DNA from: Octopus sinensis
Taxonomy: Eukaryota
Length of the DNA stretch: 64,000 bases
Direction: 5' to 3'
NCBI RefSeq assembly: GCF_006345805.1
Contig: NC_043003.1
Location: 95,790,001 to 95,854,000, forward strand
Made by a program: the position numbers and the translations under genes
Notes under the pieces: model-generated
Databases searched by the model: none
Seen by the model: the letters and a program-made list of their open reading frames with translations, nothing else
What the model was told of the DNA's origin: nothing
Part shown: positions 13,738-27,819 of the stretch, one piece after another
Layout: each line of letters begins with the position of its first letter
Numbering within the stretch: the stretch's first letter is position 1

Positions 13738-13830
13738 CTCAATATAAAATAGTGTACATTTAAACATAAAAGAAACTACCTTTAGCAGGTACTTTCTCTT
13801 GTGTTTAAATGTACACTATTTTATATTGAG
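13738..13830. repeat. 93-nt near-perfect hairpin (44-bp stem, 5-nt loop)
   Basis: The arms 13738-13767 and 13801-13830 are 29/30 complementary; the inner stem pairs at 12/14 positions. Confidence 0.95.
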
Positions 13831-16800
13831 TATATATATATAATTTTTTGGGAATCAACAGTTTGGCTATGCATGAAATCAAAATATGCTATCTTGCTTT
13901 GTAAAGGTATCATGTTGATGTCCAAAAATTTTCTGAATAATTTCTAAATGAATACTGACACATTTCAGTTGTGATATCAACTCTCAGTAAGCAGTTTAGC
14001 AATGTTTCATTTAAAAAAGGTAGGTTAGGAAGGAATGACAATGCCCTTTCATTTTAATAAATACCATTGTCTCTTGGTCAACAAGAGATGCAAAGTTATA
14101 ATTCCTGTTGAGCAGTTCAATGTGTTGTTTATGACTAAACCCCATAGTTTACAAATATTTGAAGATATGATATTTCTGAAAATACATGTAAACTTTTTGA
14201 CTAAGAATAAAACCCTCTCCTGTAAAGAAAGACATACATTAGGCAACTAGTTGTTATTTAATTCCAGAGAGGTATAACTTTTTGTTCACGTTTCTCAAAA
14301 CATCTGAACTAATTATAGATTCAAAGAATATGATTTATGCTATTTTCACTCTCTTGGGTGGTAGACTGAATACTTTGTCTGGTTTAATACAATTACCTAG
14401 TCTTTGAGTGCCTTTAAAGCAAAATCTACTTCATTCTGATCTCCAGGTCCCAGTTCCCTCCCAGACTACCTTTGTTTTGCACCTCACCGATATGGGAGCA
14501 CATGCAAAGGTTGTGGATACTGTCCTTCCTTCCTGATGTTTGTTAATTTTTAGGTCCATATTTTCAGGCTAGCATGGGTTAGATGAATATATTTCTGAGG
14601 TGTTGTTTTACAGCCAGATGCCCTTCCTTTTATTAACCCTTATTTATAAAAGAAAATGAACTTAAGCTTTGTAAGTGCAAGGCAAAACAATTATTAGCAT
14701 AATCTTAAAACTAATTATAGTTAAAAATTAATTATAGCTATTAGCATAATTTTAAAACTATACTTAACATTAAAAAAACGAAAGCAAAAAGATGATCATT
14801 TTATAATAAGATAGGAATGATTTGGGGATTCTATTATTGACATTTTAATAGAAAGAAGCCAGTAATATCCTAATTATTTCTCATACTTCTGATCACTGTG
14901 GTGATGAACAGATATAAATTAGCTTTATTAACTCCAGCAGAATGGATATTTTCGACAGCTTTTACCAAAACTCAAAAGGTTCTAGCCTCTTACAACGTAA
15001 ATAAACGATGCCAAGCTGTAGAACCAGAAGAAAGTAAAAGTCTTTTTCTCTGCATTGGAAAAGATCAGTTCAAAAAAATTCAGGAGGTTGAATAATTTGT
15101 AAGCTGAGAAGATAACCTGCTGTTTTAGGCAGAGCCTTTTAATGAAAGTTCTGACAACACAGGGAAAAGAGACTAAATTCCAGGGAGGCACTTTTTCTTG
15201 GAATATTTAAAAGGATAAGTATTTATTACAACTGAATTACCCTTAACTGCTTAGTTAAAATGTTTGTATATACATGTGTGTGTGTGTGTGTACCCTTAGT
15301 GTTTTTTTCTTTATTCATAATCAGTTAAGCATTAACTGAAGGATTACTCAATGGATTTAAGAAAGACGTAAAATTAATTTTTTACAAGGGAACAATTAAC
15401 AGTAACTTCAAAGCTTTGCCATAAAGTGACTTCCTCAGACAGTCCGGGGAAGCCAGTCCATGATGAAACTTGGGAGACACTGTCAACCTTTCCTGCTCTC
15501 AAAAGGCCCAGAGGAGAACTTAATGTCTAAAACATTAGCATACAAAGCTAGAACTGTTTCAGGTAATAGAAGGCAGAAAACTATTTCTCCACAGTCATTA
15601 CAAACAGATACTGTTATTACTGAGGTTTTTGTCATATATCTGCAATTGGAGCTAATAAAAACCAAACTACTAATTGATTTGTAATCAGAGAAAGATCAAA
15701 GGAATCGCTGGTTCAAAGTGTATAGTGTGATAACTATGCAAAACCATAGACTTTCGTACATGTTTGTATTATCTTTTGTGCAGTGTCTTCCTACAAATAT
15801 TATATATATATATATGTATATATATATATAAACAGCATAGACTTTTAAAAACTTTACATTAGTAAGTCTTTGCCAGTGATTTCGAGCTGCAGGCTAGAAT
15901 TTGATTGTGGCTGGAGCAGTAAATGAAATTTTAAAAATGTTAAAAGGTGATTTTAAAAAAAAGTATGTTCTACATGTGTTCAACATTCATATACTTTGGG
16001 CTACTAATTAAAAATGAAGCCTTAATTATTAGACAATTATTGAAAAACACATACATCAGCTTGCTTCAGTAATTTACAAATTATCTGACAAAACAGTGTT
16101 TGACAACAATCAGAATGTTAATAACATCGAGAAGAAATTTAATTTCATAGAAAATAACAAGAAGTAACATGTAAGCAACACATGAAAAGCTAACAAAGAA
16201 AAATATTTAAACATGATAATTCTTATCCATTTTCAAATGCTGATGTCCTTTGACTAGCCACAAATGCATTTTATTTTTTAAAAGGAGAGTAATAATTGAT
16301 TGATTGAATAGACTCCCTATATATTACTGGTATTTTATTGACTCATGAGGTAATGAACAGACCAAACTGAGTCCAACAAGGCATATATATATAAATATAT
16401 ATACATATAGTTCCATATACAAGTCTTAAAATACTTGGATGGAATATAAGCAAAAAATTGTAAATGTTAGTTTATTATTTTTAGACAAATAAGAGTAGAC
16501 TTTTATTTTTAAAAAGTGAACTGATATTTTCTATTAATAGATTATCAAATTATTATTGTTATATTTTTTTTTAATCAATATCATAAATAAGAATTATGCT
16601 ATGTATGGTTTAAAAAGGATGTTAAAACAAGTAATTCATTTGGAAGTCAGTAGAAACCAACAGCCAAAAAGCAAGTACTTATAGTTGTAGATGTAGACAA
16701 CCATATCAATGTGTTTGTGGATTGATGTACCTCCTGTAGATAACATTTAGAGATACACACTGTTACTGTGATATATGTGGTAAATAGAAAGATAAAAAGA

Positions 16801-17082
16801 AACACATGCCTGACAGCAAGATAATTCTCAAAATACAATATTACTTTTTTCAAAAACCCAAACAGATATTTACATAAGCCAGAGATCAAAAAAATTTGCT
16901 GAGCAGTTTTCGTTAAGAACCCTTCTCATGAACTGAAGCTAACTTAAAAAGAAGTTAACATGCCAATATATCATTAAACTAACACTCAAAAATAAATGAA
17001 TTATTCTTAAAGCTTTTTAGAATATTATTAAACAACAGCAACAAATTCAGTTGATTTTATTATAAGTTATGTTAAAATATTT

Positions 17083-17088
17083 TTTATT
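17083..17088 (-). other. Candidate AATAAA polyadenylation signal for R3HDM4
   Basis: TTTATT on plus, about 390 nt past the stop, in an AT-rich SINE-free stretch; several alternatives lie nearby. Confidence 0.25.
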
Positions 17089-17471
17089 AGAATATAAAAG
17101 TGAAAGAGAATTGGTTTAGGAAATAGAGAATAGAAATAAAACTTTCCATAAATAAAAAATAACTGGCATACAGCCAGGTTTTACTATAAAAATCTCACAA
17201 CATTTTTTATAAATGTTTTTGAAAGTTTGAAAGCTGTCAATCAAAATTTTTAAAATTAATATTTGGAGATAATTATTGATACAAATTAAAAATAATTAGT
17301 AATAAAATACTCCTTATTTCCCAATATAAGCAATGGGATAAATAAAAAAAATAAAGACTCATATTAAAGAGAAGTTAGTAGAAAGATGGTAAAACATAGA
17401 TTGGAAAAAGGCAACTAGCTGAGTTTCTGTTTATCTATCTATCTTCAAAATAAAAGATGATGCTTCTAGAA

Positions 17472-17575
17472 TCACTGGTTTTTCTGAATATACTGGCTCA
17501 GTAGAACATTTGGAGGCCTGAAGTAGTCCTTGGAATTTTCCACTTCAATTCTCCTGATGCCTTCTTCTTCGAAAC
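17472..17575 (-). CDS. R3HDM4: R3HDM4 last coding exon 7 (S-FEEEGIRRIEVENSKDYFRPPNVLLSQYIQKNQ*)
   Basis: TAG acceptor, phase 1, TGA stop at 17474-17472. Aligns with the human C-terminus [29 protein letters not shown]. Confidence 0.93.
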
Positions 17576-18345
17576 CTAGATTTTAAATGGTAAAAAATAG
17601 ATTATCAAGTAAAAAGCATAATTTTAATTAGATATAAATCGAATGTTTTTTTCTTTCTTGTTTCTTTTTTTCTTTTTCTTTTTTTTTTTACATAATTGTT
17701 TGATTTCTGATCTATAGATATATCTACTTAGAGAATTACAGTCTGTGAAGTTTCCACTCTCATAAATTCCCTTTTTACTAGAGATTCCATCCTGCACCTG
17801 TTTCTATTTGGAAATATTCCCCCTAGATGGGTCGCATATGATGAGTTTGTAGAGTTCATCTCAGATAAATGTTCCATTTTTGGCATAGTATCCATGGCTC
17901 TATTCCCTTCATATGAGCAGGCACTTTTTAGTATGTACAGGGTGCATTTTATTATGTCTCCAGCACCATAGAGTGTGTCTGTGGAAAGACTAAACAGTAC
18001 CTTCCACTCTGAATTGGTTTTTACTCAGAGTAACTGCACTCCTAAAGTAATTCTATGTGCTACAATATACAGAGTTCAGTTTTCCTCATTTTTGGTATAC
18101 TTTCACAGCTTGATGCTCTTATTTGGAGTAACTGTCACTTTAGGAGAGCTATGCTCAATGAGTCTTTGAATTTGCATTATCATCATCATCATCATCATTT
18201 AACATCCATTGTCCATGCTGGCACGGGTTGGACAGTTTGACCAGAGCTGGCAAGCTGGAGAGCTGCACCAGGCTCCAGTCTGATTTGGCATGGTTTCTAC
18301 AGCTGGATGCCCTTTCTAATGCTAACCACTTTACAGAGTGTGCTG

Positions 18346-18620
18346 GGTGCTTCTACGTGGCACCAAACATGTGCTTTTACATGGCATTGCACAGGCGCTT
18401 GTACGTGGCACTGCATGGTCACTTATATGTGGCACTGCACAGGCACTTTTACATAGCACTGCACAAACGCTGTAATGCGACACCACATGGGTGCTTTCCC
18501 GTGGCACTGCACAGGTGCTTTTACATGGCACCACATGGGCTCTTTTACAAGGCACAGGCACTTTTACAAGGCACCACAGAGGTGCTTTTAAGTGGAACCG
18601 CCATGAGTGCTTTACACCAC
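18346..18620. repeat. Degenerate minisatellite with a ~24-bp unit (~11 units) grown from a family E motif
   Basis: Units such as GTGCTTTTACATGGCACTGCACAG give the 8-aa periodicity (xFYxALHR) of ORF 18228-18650. Confidence 0.85.
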
Positions 18621-19074
18621 CAGCAGGATTCATCTTACGGGTCTTCTTGAGTACAGCCAGGAGAACTAAGTTGCCTCCACTATGTAAGCATAGGATAGGA
18701 TGAGAGGGATAAAATGTGGTTGCTCATTGACTAGACACTTCCAATAGTATTTCTAAACTATCTTTTTACAATTTCTAAACTACAATTTTAAGCTTTTAAA
18801 AATCACTCATAATTCCAATACTTTTTACCAAGATTACTAAATTTCTACACATTTCATAGAAATCTATCTTGACACATTTTCTCTAAATACATATACAAAA
18901 AAAGTAACATAACATGCTTAAGTAGCTTAGCTTTCATCTCCGAGAATTCTATAATCTGCTGGACAGCTTGTATCTGACTTGTCACTGATTACATGGTTTA
19001 TAAACGACCTTGACTTATCTGGATGGACACTTCCAACAGCATTTGTAAACACCAATGTTACAAATTGAATTTGC

Positions 19075-19124
<50 letters not shown>

Positions 19125-19275
19125 TAAGGTATGTAGAAAAATACAACATGGACAAGAACGTATAACTCATAGAAGACGATACAATAAACATGGACAGGAC
19201 ATTCGAACCCCTCAGTCTTCAGTCAAGAACCGGATCATCGTAGTAATTTCGGCTGATTAATATATATATATATAT

Positions 19276-19683
19276 AGGCGCAGGAGTGGCTGTGTGGTAA
19301 GTAGCTTGCTTACCAACCACATGGTTTCAGGTTCAGTCCCACTGCATGGCATCTTGGGCAATTGTCTTCTGCTATAGCCTCGGGCCGACCAATGCCTTGT
19401 GAGTGGATTTGGTAGACGGAAACTGAAAGAATCCTGTTGTATATATGTATATATATGTATGTGTGTGCATATGTTTGTGTGTCTGTGTTTGTCCCCCTAG
19501 CATTGCTTGACAACCGATGCTGGAGTGTTTACGTCCCCGTCACCTAGCAGTTCGGCAAAAGAGACCGATAGAATAAGTACTGGGCTTACAAAGAATAAGT
19601 CCTGGGGTCGATTTGCTTGACTAAAGGCGGTGCTCCAGCATGGCCGCAGTCAAATGACTGAAACAAGTAAAAGAGTAAAAGAG
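19276..19683 (+). mobile_element. SINE family A, full length, inserted in (TA)n
   Basis: Complete GGCGCAGGAGTGGCTGTGTGGTAAG head to AAACAAGTAAAAGAG tail. Confidence 0.92.
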
Positions 19684-19764
19684 TATATATATATATATAT
19701 ATATATATATCCATCTATCCACATCAAACTTTCATCTTTGGATTGGATACTGCCGCCGCCACTG

Positions 19765-19796
<32 letters not shown>

Positions 19797-19984
19797 TAAC
19801 ATTTATCTTTGGATTGGACAGTTTTGCAGAGGCTGGTATTCCAGAGGGCTGCACCCAAGTTCCACTATCTACTTTGGCATGGGTTTTTACAGTGGAATGC
19901 TCTTCCCAACAGCAATTACTTTACAAAGTAGACTGAATACTTTTCACATGGCATCAGCACACTGGCAAGGTCTGCTTTGGCATA

Positions 19985-20404
19985 GTTAAGTTAAGTTAAG
20001 TTAATTTTTTGGCTCAAAAAGCAAAAAGCAAGGCCATGTAGGGGGACATGGAGTTATGTACAGGGAGAGTGTTCATGCAAAGGGTTCAGGCCATTTCTGG
20101 TCAAGAGAGACTTTGAACCGAGTGGTCGTCGGCATCTTCACTATCTTGTCCGGCAGCTTATTCCACGGATCCGCAACCCGGACAGAGAAAGCCCCTCTCC
20201 TTCAATTGAGATGAAATCATCGCAGATAGAGCTTTTCGAAGTGACCCCACAGCCGACGCTCTGGAACAGGAGTGAAGAACAGCTCTTTCGAGAGGTTACA
20301 CTTTCCGCTTATGATGTTGTGAGCAAGAATGAGATCACCACGGCGTTGTCGTTTTTCTAGAGAATAAAGGTCGAGCGTCTTCAGCCTTTCTTCATAAGAC
20401 AAAA
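19985..20404 (-). mobile_element. CR1-clade LINE 3' fragment with (TTAAC)4 tail, nested in a family E element
   Basis: Translates to SYEERLKTLDLYSLEKRQRRGDLI...FSVRVADPWNKLPDKIVK...RFKVSLD, the classic CR1 ORF2 C-terminus, with two in-frame stops. Confidence 0.9.
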
Positions 20405-20869
20405 GCTAGGTGCTCTTCCTAACGCCAACCACTTTACAGTGTTGACTGGGTGCTTTTTACATGGCACCAGCAAAAGCAAGGTCACCAGGTAACTTGTGAG
20501 ACAAAATATATATTCAGCATCAGCAACATCATTAAGCATCTGTGTTTATGCTGGCACAGGTTGCATGGTTTGACAGAGTCTGAGTTTAATGTCTGTTTTG
20601 GCATGGTCTCTACAGATTGATGCCTTTCTTAATGCCAACCACTTTACAAAGAGTATTGGCTGCTTATACAACAAGTTTCTTTCAGTTTCTGTCTACCAAT
20701 GATCAGACTGGGGCTAGAGTAGAAGACACCCAAGGTGGGACTGAACATGAAACCATGTCATTGGGAGGCAAACTTCTTAACCACACACCTGGCATTCGTA
20801 CTGCCTTAAATTGGGTCTATAAGTTCAAACTGCATTAAATTACTCATTAAAAAGGGACTCTATTGATTA

Positions 20870-21573
<704 letters not shown>

Positions 21574-22765
21574 CTAAAACAGAAAGAGAAAAATCATAAT
21601 TTTACCATGCTTTTTGGCATTTTGGAAAATTGTATGAAGAAATGCACAAGAAAAGAAAAGCCAAGAATTTTAATTGTTGACATCATAAGAATATACAAAC
21701 TTTGTGAAAATGAAATACTTTTTGTTTGGAATAGTGACTCTTGAAGCAAACAAAGCTCTAAATGATAGCATGTAAATATTGGGTTAAAAACATTTTTGAT
21801 AGAAAAAGTCAAAGGCTGCCCATGGGACAAGCTTTTTTTATTTTTTTTTTTTTTGCCAAAGGGTTTTCAAAACCAATACTTGCACACTATTGTTTACAGT
21901 TTTATCTGCTTTGAGATTTATCATTCCAGAACAATAAGAATTTCAATGTGTTCTTATATAATATTTTACACTGTTATAATAATTGTAGCAGTTAATATGA
22001 CAAAAGATTAACATTCATTTCATTAGAAACAAGTTCAATCTGTGTAAAAGGGAGACAGCTACATAATAAATTTAACTGAATTGGGTACCTTTCAGCTATT
22101 TATTTTATTGATCCAAGGAAATAAAAAGATATTTCCACTATGGCAACATTTAAGTTCAAAATAGAATCAATAAAATATCCAATCTGGTGTTGGACTATGT
22201 TAGTTTCTCTCTCTCTCTCTCACTCATGGTTTTGGGTCCAATCCCAAAATCATGTGGTTGGGAAGCAAACTTCTTAATCATATAACCATGCCTGCACCTA
22301 TATGTTTCTTCATGTATTAATTCCCTTCTCAGTTTTTAACAGGTAAGGATTTTTTTTCTTAAGCAATATAATCCCTAAGTTAAAACAAAAACAAAATCAT
22401 TGTATTTGAGCTTTTCTATTATTCAGTTACACTTTTTCACCATCCTTGTGTGTATTTGTATCTTTGTGTGCAAACACATAAAAAAAAATGCCTGAGAAGA
22501 TAAATTTTTCAACAATGAGTAATGTATTTTGTAATAAACTTAAATTTTTAACATAAAATTTCCAAAAAATTAAGGTTAATAATTAAATTTGATATTTTGA
22601 TAACTTTTAACATTTACTTGGAGATAAAATAGAGACATAAGATTGAAGTCTGAAAACCCAGAGAAAGACTTAACAGTATAAAGGAATCAATACAAGTAAG
22701 ATAATTTTACTATTAGTGGGCACCTCTGGTTATGAAAGATATAAGAAAACTATGAATTGGCTTAC

Positions 22766-22851
22766 TTGAGGGAAATGACGTCGCTTCAAGGTTGCTCTGA
22801 TGTTCCGATCAAGTTTTTGAAAACACTGTTCGGCAGTATGTGCTGGATGGG
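22766..22851 (-). CDS. R3HDM4: R3HDM4 coding exon 5 (T-HPAHTAEQCFQKLDRNIRATLKRRHFPQ)
   Basis: TTTCTTTTTCATTTAG acceptor and CAA|GTAAGC donor. Matches human [26 protein letters not shown]. Confidence 0.95.
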
Positions 22852-23899
22852 CTAAATGAAAAAGAAATAGAATTATTAATGACAACGGGACATAAAGAAT
22901 GTACTCAAGAAAAATCATCATCATCATCATCATTTAACGTCCGTTTTCCATGCTGGCATGGGTTGGAAACTGTTAGGCCGGTGAGCTGTATCAGGTTCCA
23001 ATCTGATTTGGTATAGTTTCTACAGCTGGATTTCCTTCCTAACACCAACCACTCCAAGATTGTAGCAGGTGGGGTTTTTTTATGTTCCACCGGCAAAGGT
23101 GCCAGTTATGTAACACCAGCGTCAGCCACGACCACAATCTTATTTGGCTTGACAAGTCTTCTCAAGCATAGTATATCGCCAAAGGTCTCATTAAATTCCT
23201 CTCTTACTCACATGGTTATTAGCAAAAATACTGGTCTTAATGCCAATCATAGAAACTATCGCATTCAAAATAAGAGAGCTGTGATCAGAAATTATCTATT
23301 CTACCAAGTACTCAACCAGAAATGACTTGCCAGAGCTTTAAAAAAAGATACTCTATTAGATTATCAGATAGTGAAAAACTAAAGGCATGTGTCCAAAAAA
23401 GGTACTCAGCTACCAGATGGATGATGCCTGTCTTTGGTCATGTTTAAACTATTTTTAGGTCTTCCTGCACTGCTCAGTGCATTGGGAAGCAAAGTTTCTA
23501 AACAAAAGGTGAAATTTATGGAAGTTATTTTATACAGAAAATGCAAAATAACTTAAAGTAGCCCAATTACTTAACTACCTGACTCAAAGCAATCTGAAAT
23601 GACTCGCCAGAGTTATGAAATTTCTTCAATAGATCATCAGATGGTGAAGACTAGAGACACATGACCAAAGAAGATACTTAGCCACCAGGTGAATAATACC
23701 AGTTAAAAGCTATGCTATACAGACAATATCAGCTCAACTACAGACCAGCTCAACTCATATCAATATGAAAAGTGCACAGTAAATTAAACAAAATAATCTC
23801 TGTAGCACCTAACTATTTTACATGGAGAACAGAGAAAAAATAATAATACTGATGCTATAATAGTAAATGCTTTGTTAGCGTTTTCTCTTTAAAACGTGG

Positions 23900-24105
23900 G
23901 TTTCAAATTTTGGTACAAGGCCAGCAATTTTGGGGGAAGGTGTAAGTTGAATGACCCCAGTGCTCAATTGGTACTTATTTTATTGACTCAAAGGATGAAA
24001 GGCAAAGTTGACCTCTGCGGAATTTGAACTCAGAACATAAAGACAGGCGAACAGCCGCTAAGAATTTTTGATGGCATGCTAACGATTTTGCCAGCTCACT
24101 GCCTA
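23900..24105 (-). mobile_element. SINE family B copy
   Basis: Reverse complement of the B2 type. Further B copies at 7495-7705, 26820-27010, 28797-29005, 44020-44195 and 45085-45300. Confidence 0.8.
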
Positions 24106-24297
24106 TTCTCTCTTTAAAATATAGCTAGATATATTTATTATATGACCACACATATGGTGGTGAGGTTAAGAAGTCTGCATAGCAACAACATGGGTCTAGG
24201 TTCAATTCAGCTATACAGAACCTTGGGTAAGTGTCTTTTTACATAGCTCCAGAAATGGAGCTAACAAAACAAATAAACAAAAAACTCAACAGTATAT

Positions 24298-24506
24298 TAT
24301 TAGGTTGATACATAATTATTGTGGCTTTTTTTCAATAAATTTTATTCAACAAAAAATTTAAACAAAACACCAAGCAGAAATTCAAGTAGATGGTGAATAT
24401 GCTCCAGAATAATCATTTAAAGATGTTTTTGTTAAATGTTGTTATTGTTTTTGTTGAGTAAAATTTATTGAAAAAAAAGCTGCAGTAATTATGCGCCAAC
24501 CTAATA
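24298..24506. mobile_element. Mariner-type MITE (Hsmar1-like TIRs, TA target)
   Basis: About 58-bp inverted arms, TATTAGGTTGATACATAATTATT...CAACAAAAA and TTTTTGTTGAG...ATGCGCCAACCTAATA. Confidence 0.8.
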
Positions 24507-25771
24507 TTTTCTTTATAGACTCATTAATAGAGTGGAAAGCAAGATTTGTTCTGGCTCCATTGAAAACTTCTGCTAGAACACATACAGTATGAAGGTAGTC
24601 AATCAAACCCAAATGATCTATACTTCAGGCAGGTGTAAGAACATACCATGAGTGGCATGCCCATATTGTTTTGGTAACATCAAGAGCAATGTGGCTGCTG
24701 TTTTTGTGGTTTAACTCCAAGTCACTCCTGATTGAGCAAATTTATGACCAAAGGTATTCCAGTCATGACCATCCAGTCTTTTTGTATAACAACAACTACA
24801 TTGTCCATGATATACACAAGGGACAATATAAGATAATAAGACAGCAGCATGTGAATTGAGAGAGAAGTAACTGCTGTTTCCAGGAAGTTAAAGAACTACG
24901 TACTGGTTAATGTAGTATGGTAATTAGAACATGCTATCTCTGTATCCAGCCAATTTATAAATAACTGAAGATTCTGGTGGAGAGAACATTTTATAGAGAT
25001 TGTACAAACTCAGTCAGTGTTGAGAAGTGTTGCTTCACTGAAACTGGCTGCAGAGAACTTGAGCTTATTGTACCAATCGATGTCATAGAAATATCATGAA
25101 AAAGTGGGTGTCAAAATGATGACGACAACAGATTTTGTATCTTAAAATGATGTTTGTTCTTGTAGTTTAGCCTCAGGTAAGTCCTGACTGAGCAGAGTCA
25201 TGATCTAAGGCATTCCAGCCTTGACCATCCCATCTTTTCTTGTTTTTAAAGGCATAGGAGTATGTTATTGAATGTGTTGTTCTCTTCTGAATTAGTGTGA
25301 TGTGAAGATTTGGCTGCTATTTCTAGCAGGTCAGGCAAATGTACTGAAAATAGCACCCACATTGTCTCATAAATGGTGTTTGTTGCTAAATAATGTAATC
25401 TTGTGAGATATGATCTTCAATAAATAAATAAAAATTCTAAGATGCACAAGAAATGATGGGAGGAAGGCAGACAGTTGAGATGCGTGAATTTAGATGAAAG
25501 AGATATACAATGAACTAGGTTGGAAGAGGGGAAGCTGGAGTAATTGTGATAGAAGAGACGGGACTCAGCCAAACAATAATCAAAGAATTGTAAAGAAGTG
25601 GGTCGTTAGAGAAAGTCTTGTAGTTTGTTACTGAATCAAAAACAGTTTTTTTTTTATAGAGTGTTATAACAATATATCAATTAAATTAATACATACCAGC
25701 TCTCATATCAGGAACAATTTCCCAATTCTCTTGATTCAAATCTTTGTCTTTTAAAATCTGGTCGGACTTAC

Positions 25772-25859
25772 TTCTTTGGTAGCGTGAATTACGACTGTTA
25801 GATTTTTGCAAGATTTTTTGCTGCTCTTCTTCTGATTGGTTAATGAAATCATTCCAAAC
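25772..25859 (-). CDS. R3HDM4: R3HDM4 coding exon 4 (VWNDFINQSEEEQQKILQKSNSRNSRYQR)
   Basis: TTTCTTTTCTTAG acceptor and GTAAGT donor. VWNDFINQSEEEQQKIL matches the R3H-associated N-terminal domain motif VWNDFMNRSGEEQERVL. Confidence 0.95.
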
Positions 25860-26147
25860 CTAAGAAAAGAAATTATTAAGTCTTTAATAATAGCCATAGT
25901 CCAAAATAAGTAAGGCTAGTAGAAGTAAAATAGATGAGTGCTTAAAGTATAGGAATACTGCCTCATAGACCTTTAATTCAAATTTACTACAAATATTTCC
26001 TCACATATTTGAGCAGAATATTTAATTAGACACAGCTTATTCAGTATAATTATGAAAATTTGAGGAGACTAATAGGGGTGTACACTAGCAATGAAAAAAG
26101 GTTGACATGAGTTGTGGAAATACCTAATGCTTTTAATGCTTCAAGTA

Positions 26148-26367
26148 GAGCTTAGCATTCAGACTACTCTGTCAAATGTTATGCTTATTCACATTGTTTT
26201 GAATTAATTATTTATCATCTTGTGCCTTTGGAATTTCAATGAGATGATTGTTTATTTTTAGAATGACAGTGTAGGGTAGGTATGAGAGGTTGGATCTGGT
26301 CGGTTTGAACATAAAGCAGGTAGAATATCTGGGCAGGATAAGACTGGTTTAAACGCTTAAGGGTTAA
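26148..26367. mobile_element. piggyBac-like MITE family (TTAA-flanked, CCCTTTAGCATT TIR)
   Basis: Ends ...AAGGGTTAA. The same family occurs at 41301-41526, 43150-43345 and 48255-48445 (TTAACCCTTTAGCATT start). Confidence 0.65.
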
Positions 26368-27185
26368 CTTATCAGAGTCAATGTTCATTATTCTGGGACT
26401 ATTTTCAATGAGAGATTATTATTTTATTCACAAAGACAACTTATCTCTCGTGTAATTAACACTATGGAACTAAAGAGTTAAAGGCCGGCTTATATAATCC
26501 TCTTGAGATTTCAGAGATGATGACAATGCTGCCAACAAAGCCATCATCATTGTCAGATGGAGAGGGCAGTGTAGTTCTAAAGTGAATTTATTGAAAGATG
26601 GGTGAAAGCAACAAAAATGGTGAATGTGAACCGGACTGCTTTGAGCATACATGTATTGACAAAAGAACAACTGGGAAAACTTGTCCTTGGTGCTCAAGTT
26701 GATCTTGAATCTGTAGAGTTCCTTGATTGACTTTAGCTGGAAGTCTTCTTGCATCAGAAGGTGGTGATGGTCATCGTTATACTTGGCAATAACGGTATTG
26801 TTATTGTCATTCATTAAGATAGTGAGTTGGCAGAATTGTTACCATACTGAACAAAATACTTAGTATAATTTCTTCTGCCAAGGTTGACTTTGTCATTCAT
26901 CCTTTCAGGGTTGATAAAGTATCACTTGAGTACTGGGGCCGATATAATCAACTAACCCTATCTAACCCTCTCTCCCCAAATTTCAGGTCTTAAGCCTATA
27001 GGAGAAAGAATTACTATCATTCATTATTTCAATACCATGTCCATTTCTGTTTCATCCCTTTCTTCACCTTCATTCAATTCTCAATGAAAACCCAGTATTT
27101 TAAGTTTTTGTAACTGTCCCCCTCATCCCTTACCGAAGTAGGAAATAAAAAGAGCCATTATTAATATTCTTATTATGATTAAGAT

Positions 27186-27368
27186 GATGAGCTGGCAGAA
27201 TCATTAGCATGTCAGGTAAAATTCTTAGTGACATTTCATCTATCCATACATTCTGAATTCAAATTCCACCAAGGTCAACTTAGTTGATCATCCTTTTGAG
27301 CACTAGGGTTGAAATAATCAACATGCCCCTGCTCTTGAAATTGCTGGTCTTATGCCAAAATTTGAAAC

Positions 27369-27416
<48 letters not shown>

Positions 27417-27523
27417 TACTATTATTATTATTACTATTATTATTATTATTATTACTATTATTACTATTATTATTATTATTACTACTATGATTATTATTAT
27501 TATTATTATTATTACTACTATGA

Positions 27524-27554
<31 letters not shown>

Positions 27555-27598
27555 TATTATTATTACTATTATTATTATTATTACTATTATTATTACTA

Positions 27599-27629
<31 letters not shown>

Positions 27630-27764
27630 TATTATTATTATTATTATTATTACTATTATTATTATTACTATTATTATTACTATTATTATTATTATTACTA
27701 TTATTATTATTATTACTATTATTATTATTATTATTATTACTATTATTATTATTATTATTATTAC

Positions 27765-27819
<55 letters not shown>

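Noticed and set aside
18228-18650. 140-aa ORF with 8-residue repeats as a repeat protein
   Set aside because: It is the translation of a 24-bp minisatellite inside a family E element, antisense to an R3HDM4 intron.
26470-26814. 114-codon minus ORF in R3HDM4 intron 3
   Set aside because: No convincing splice sites or homology; not needed for the R3HDM4 frame.
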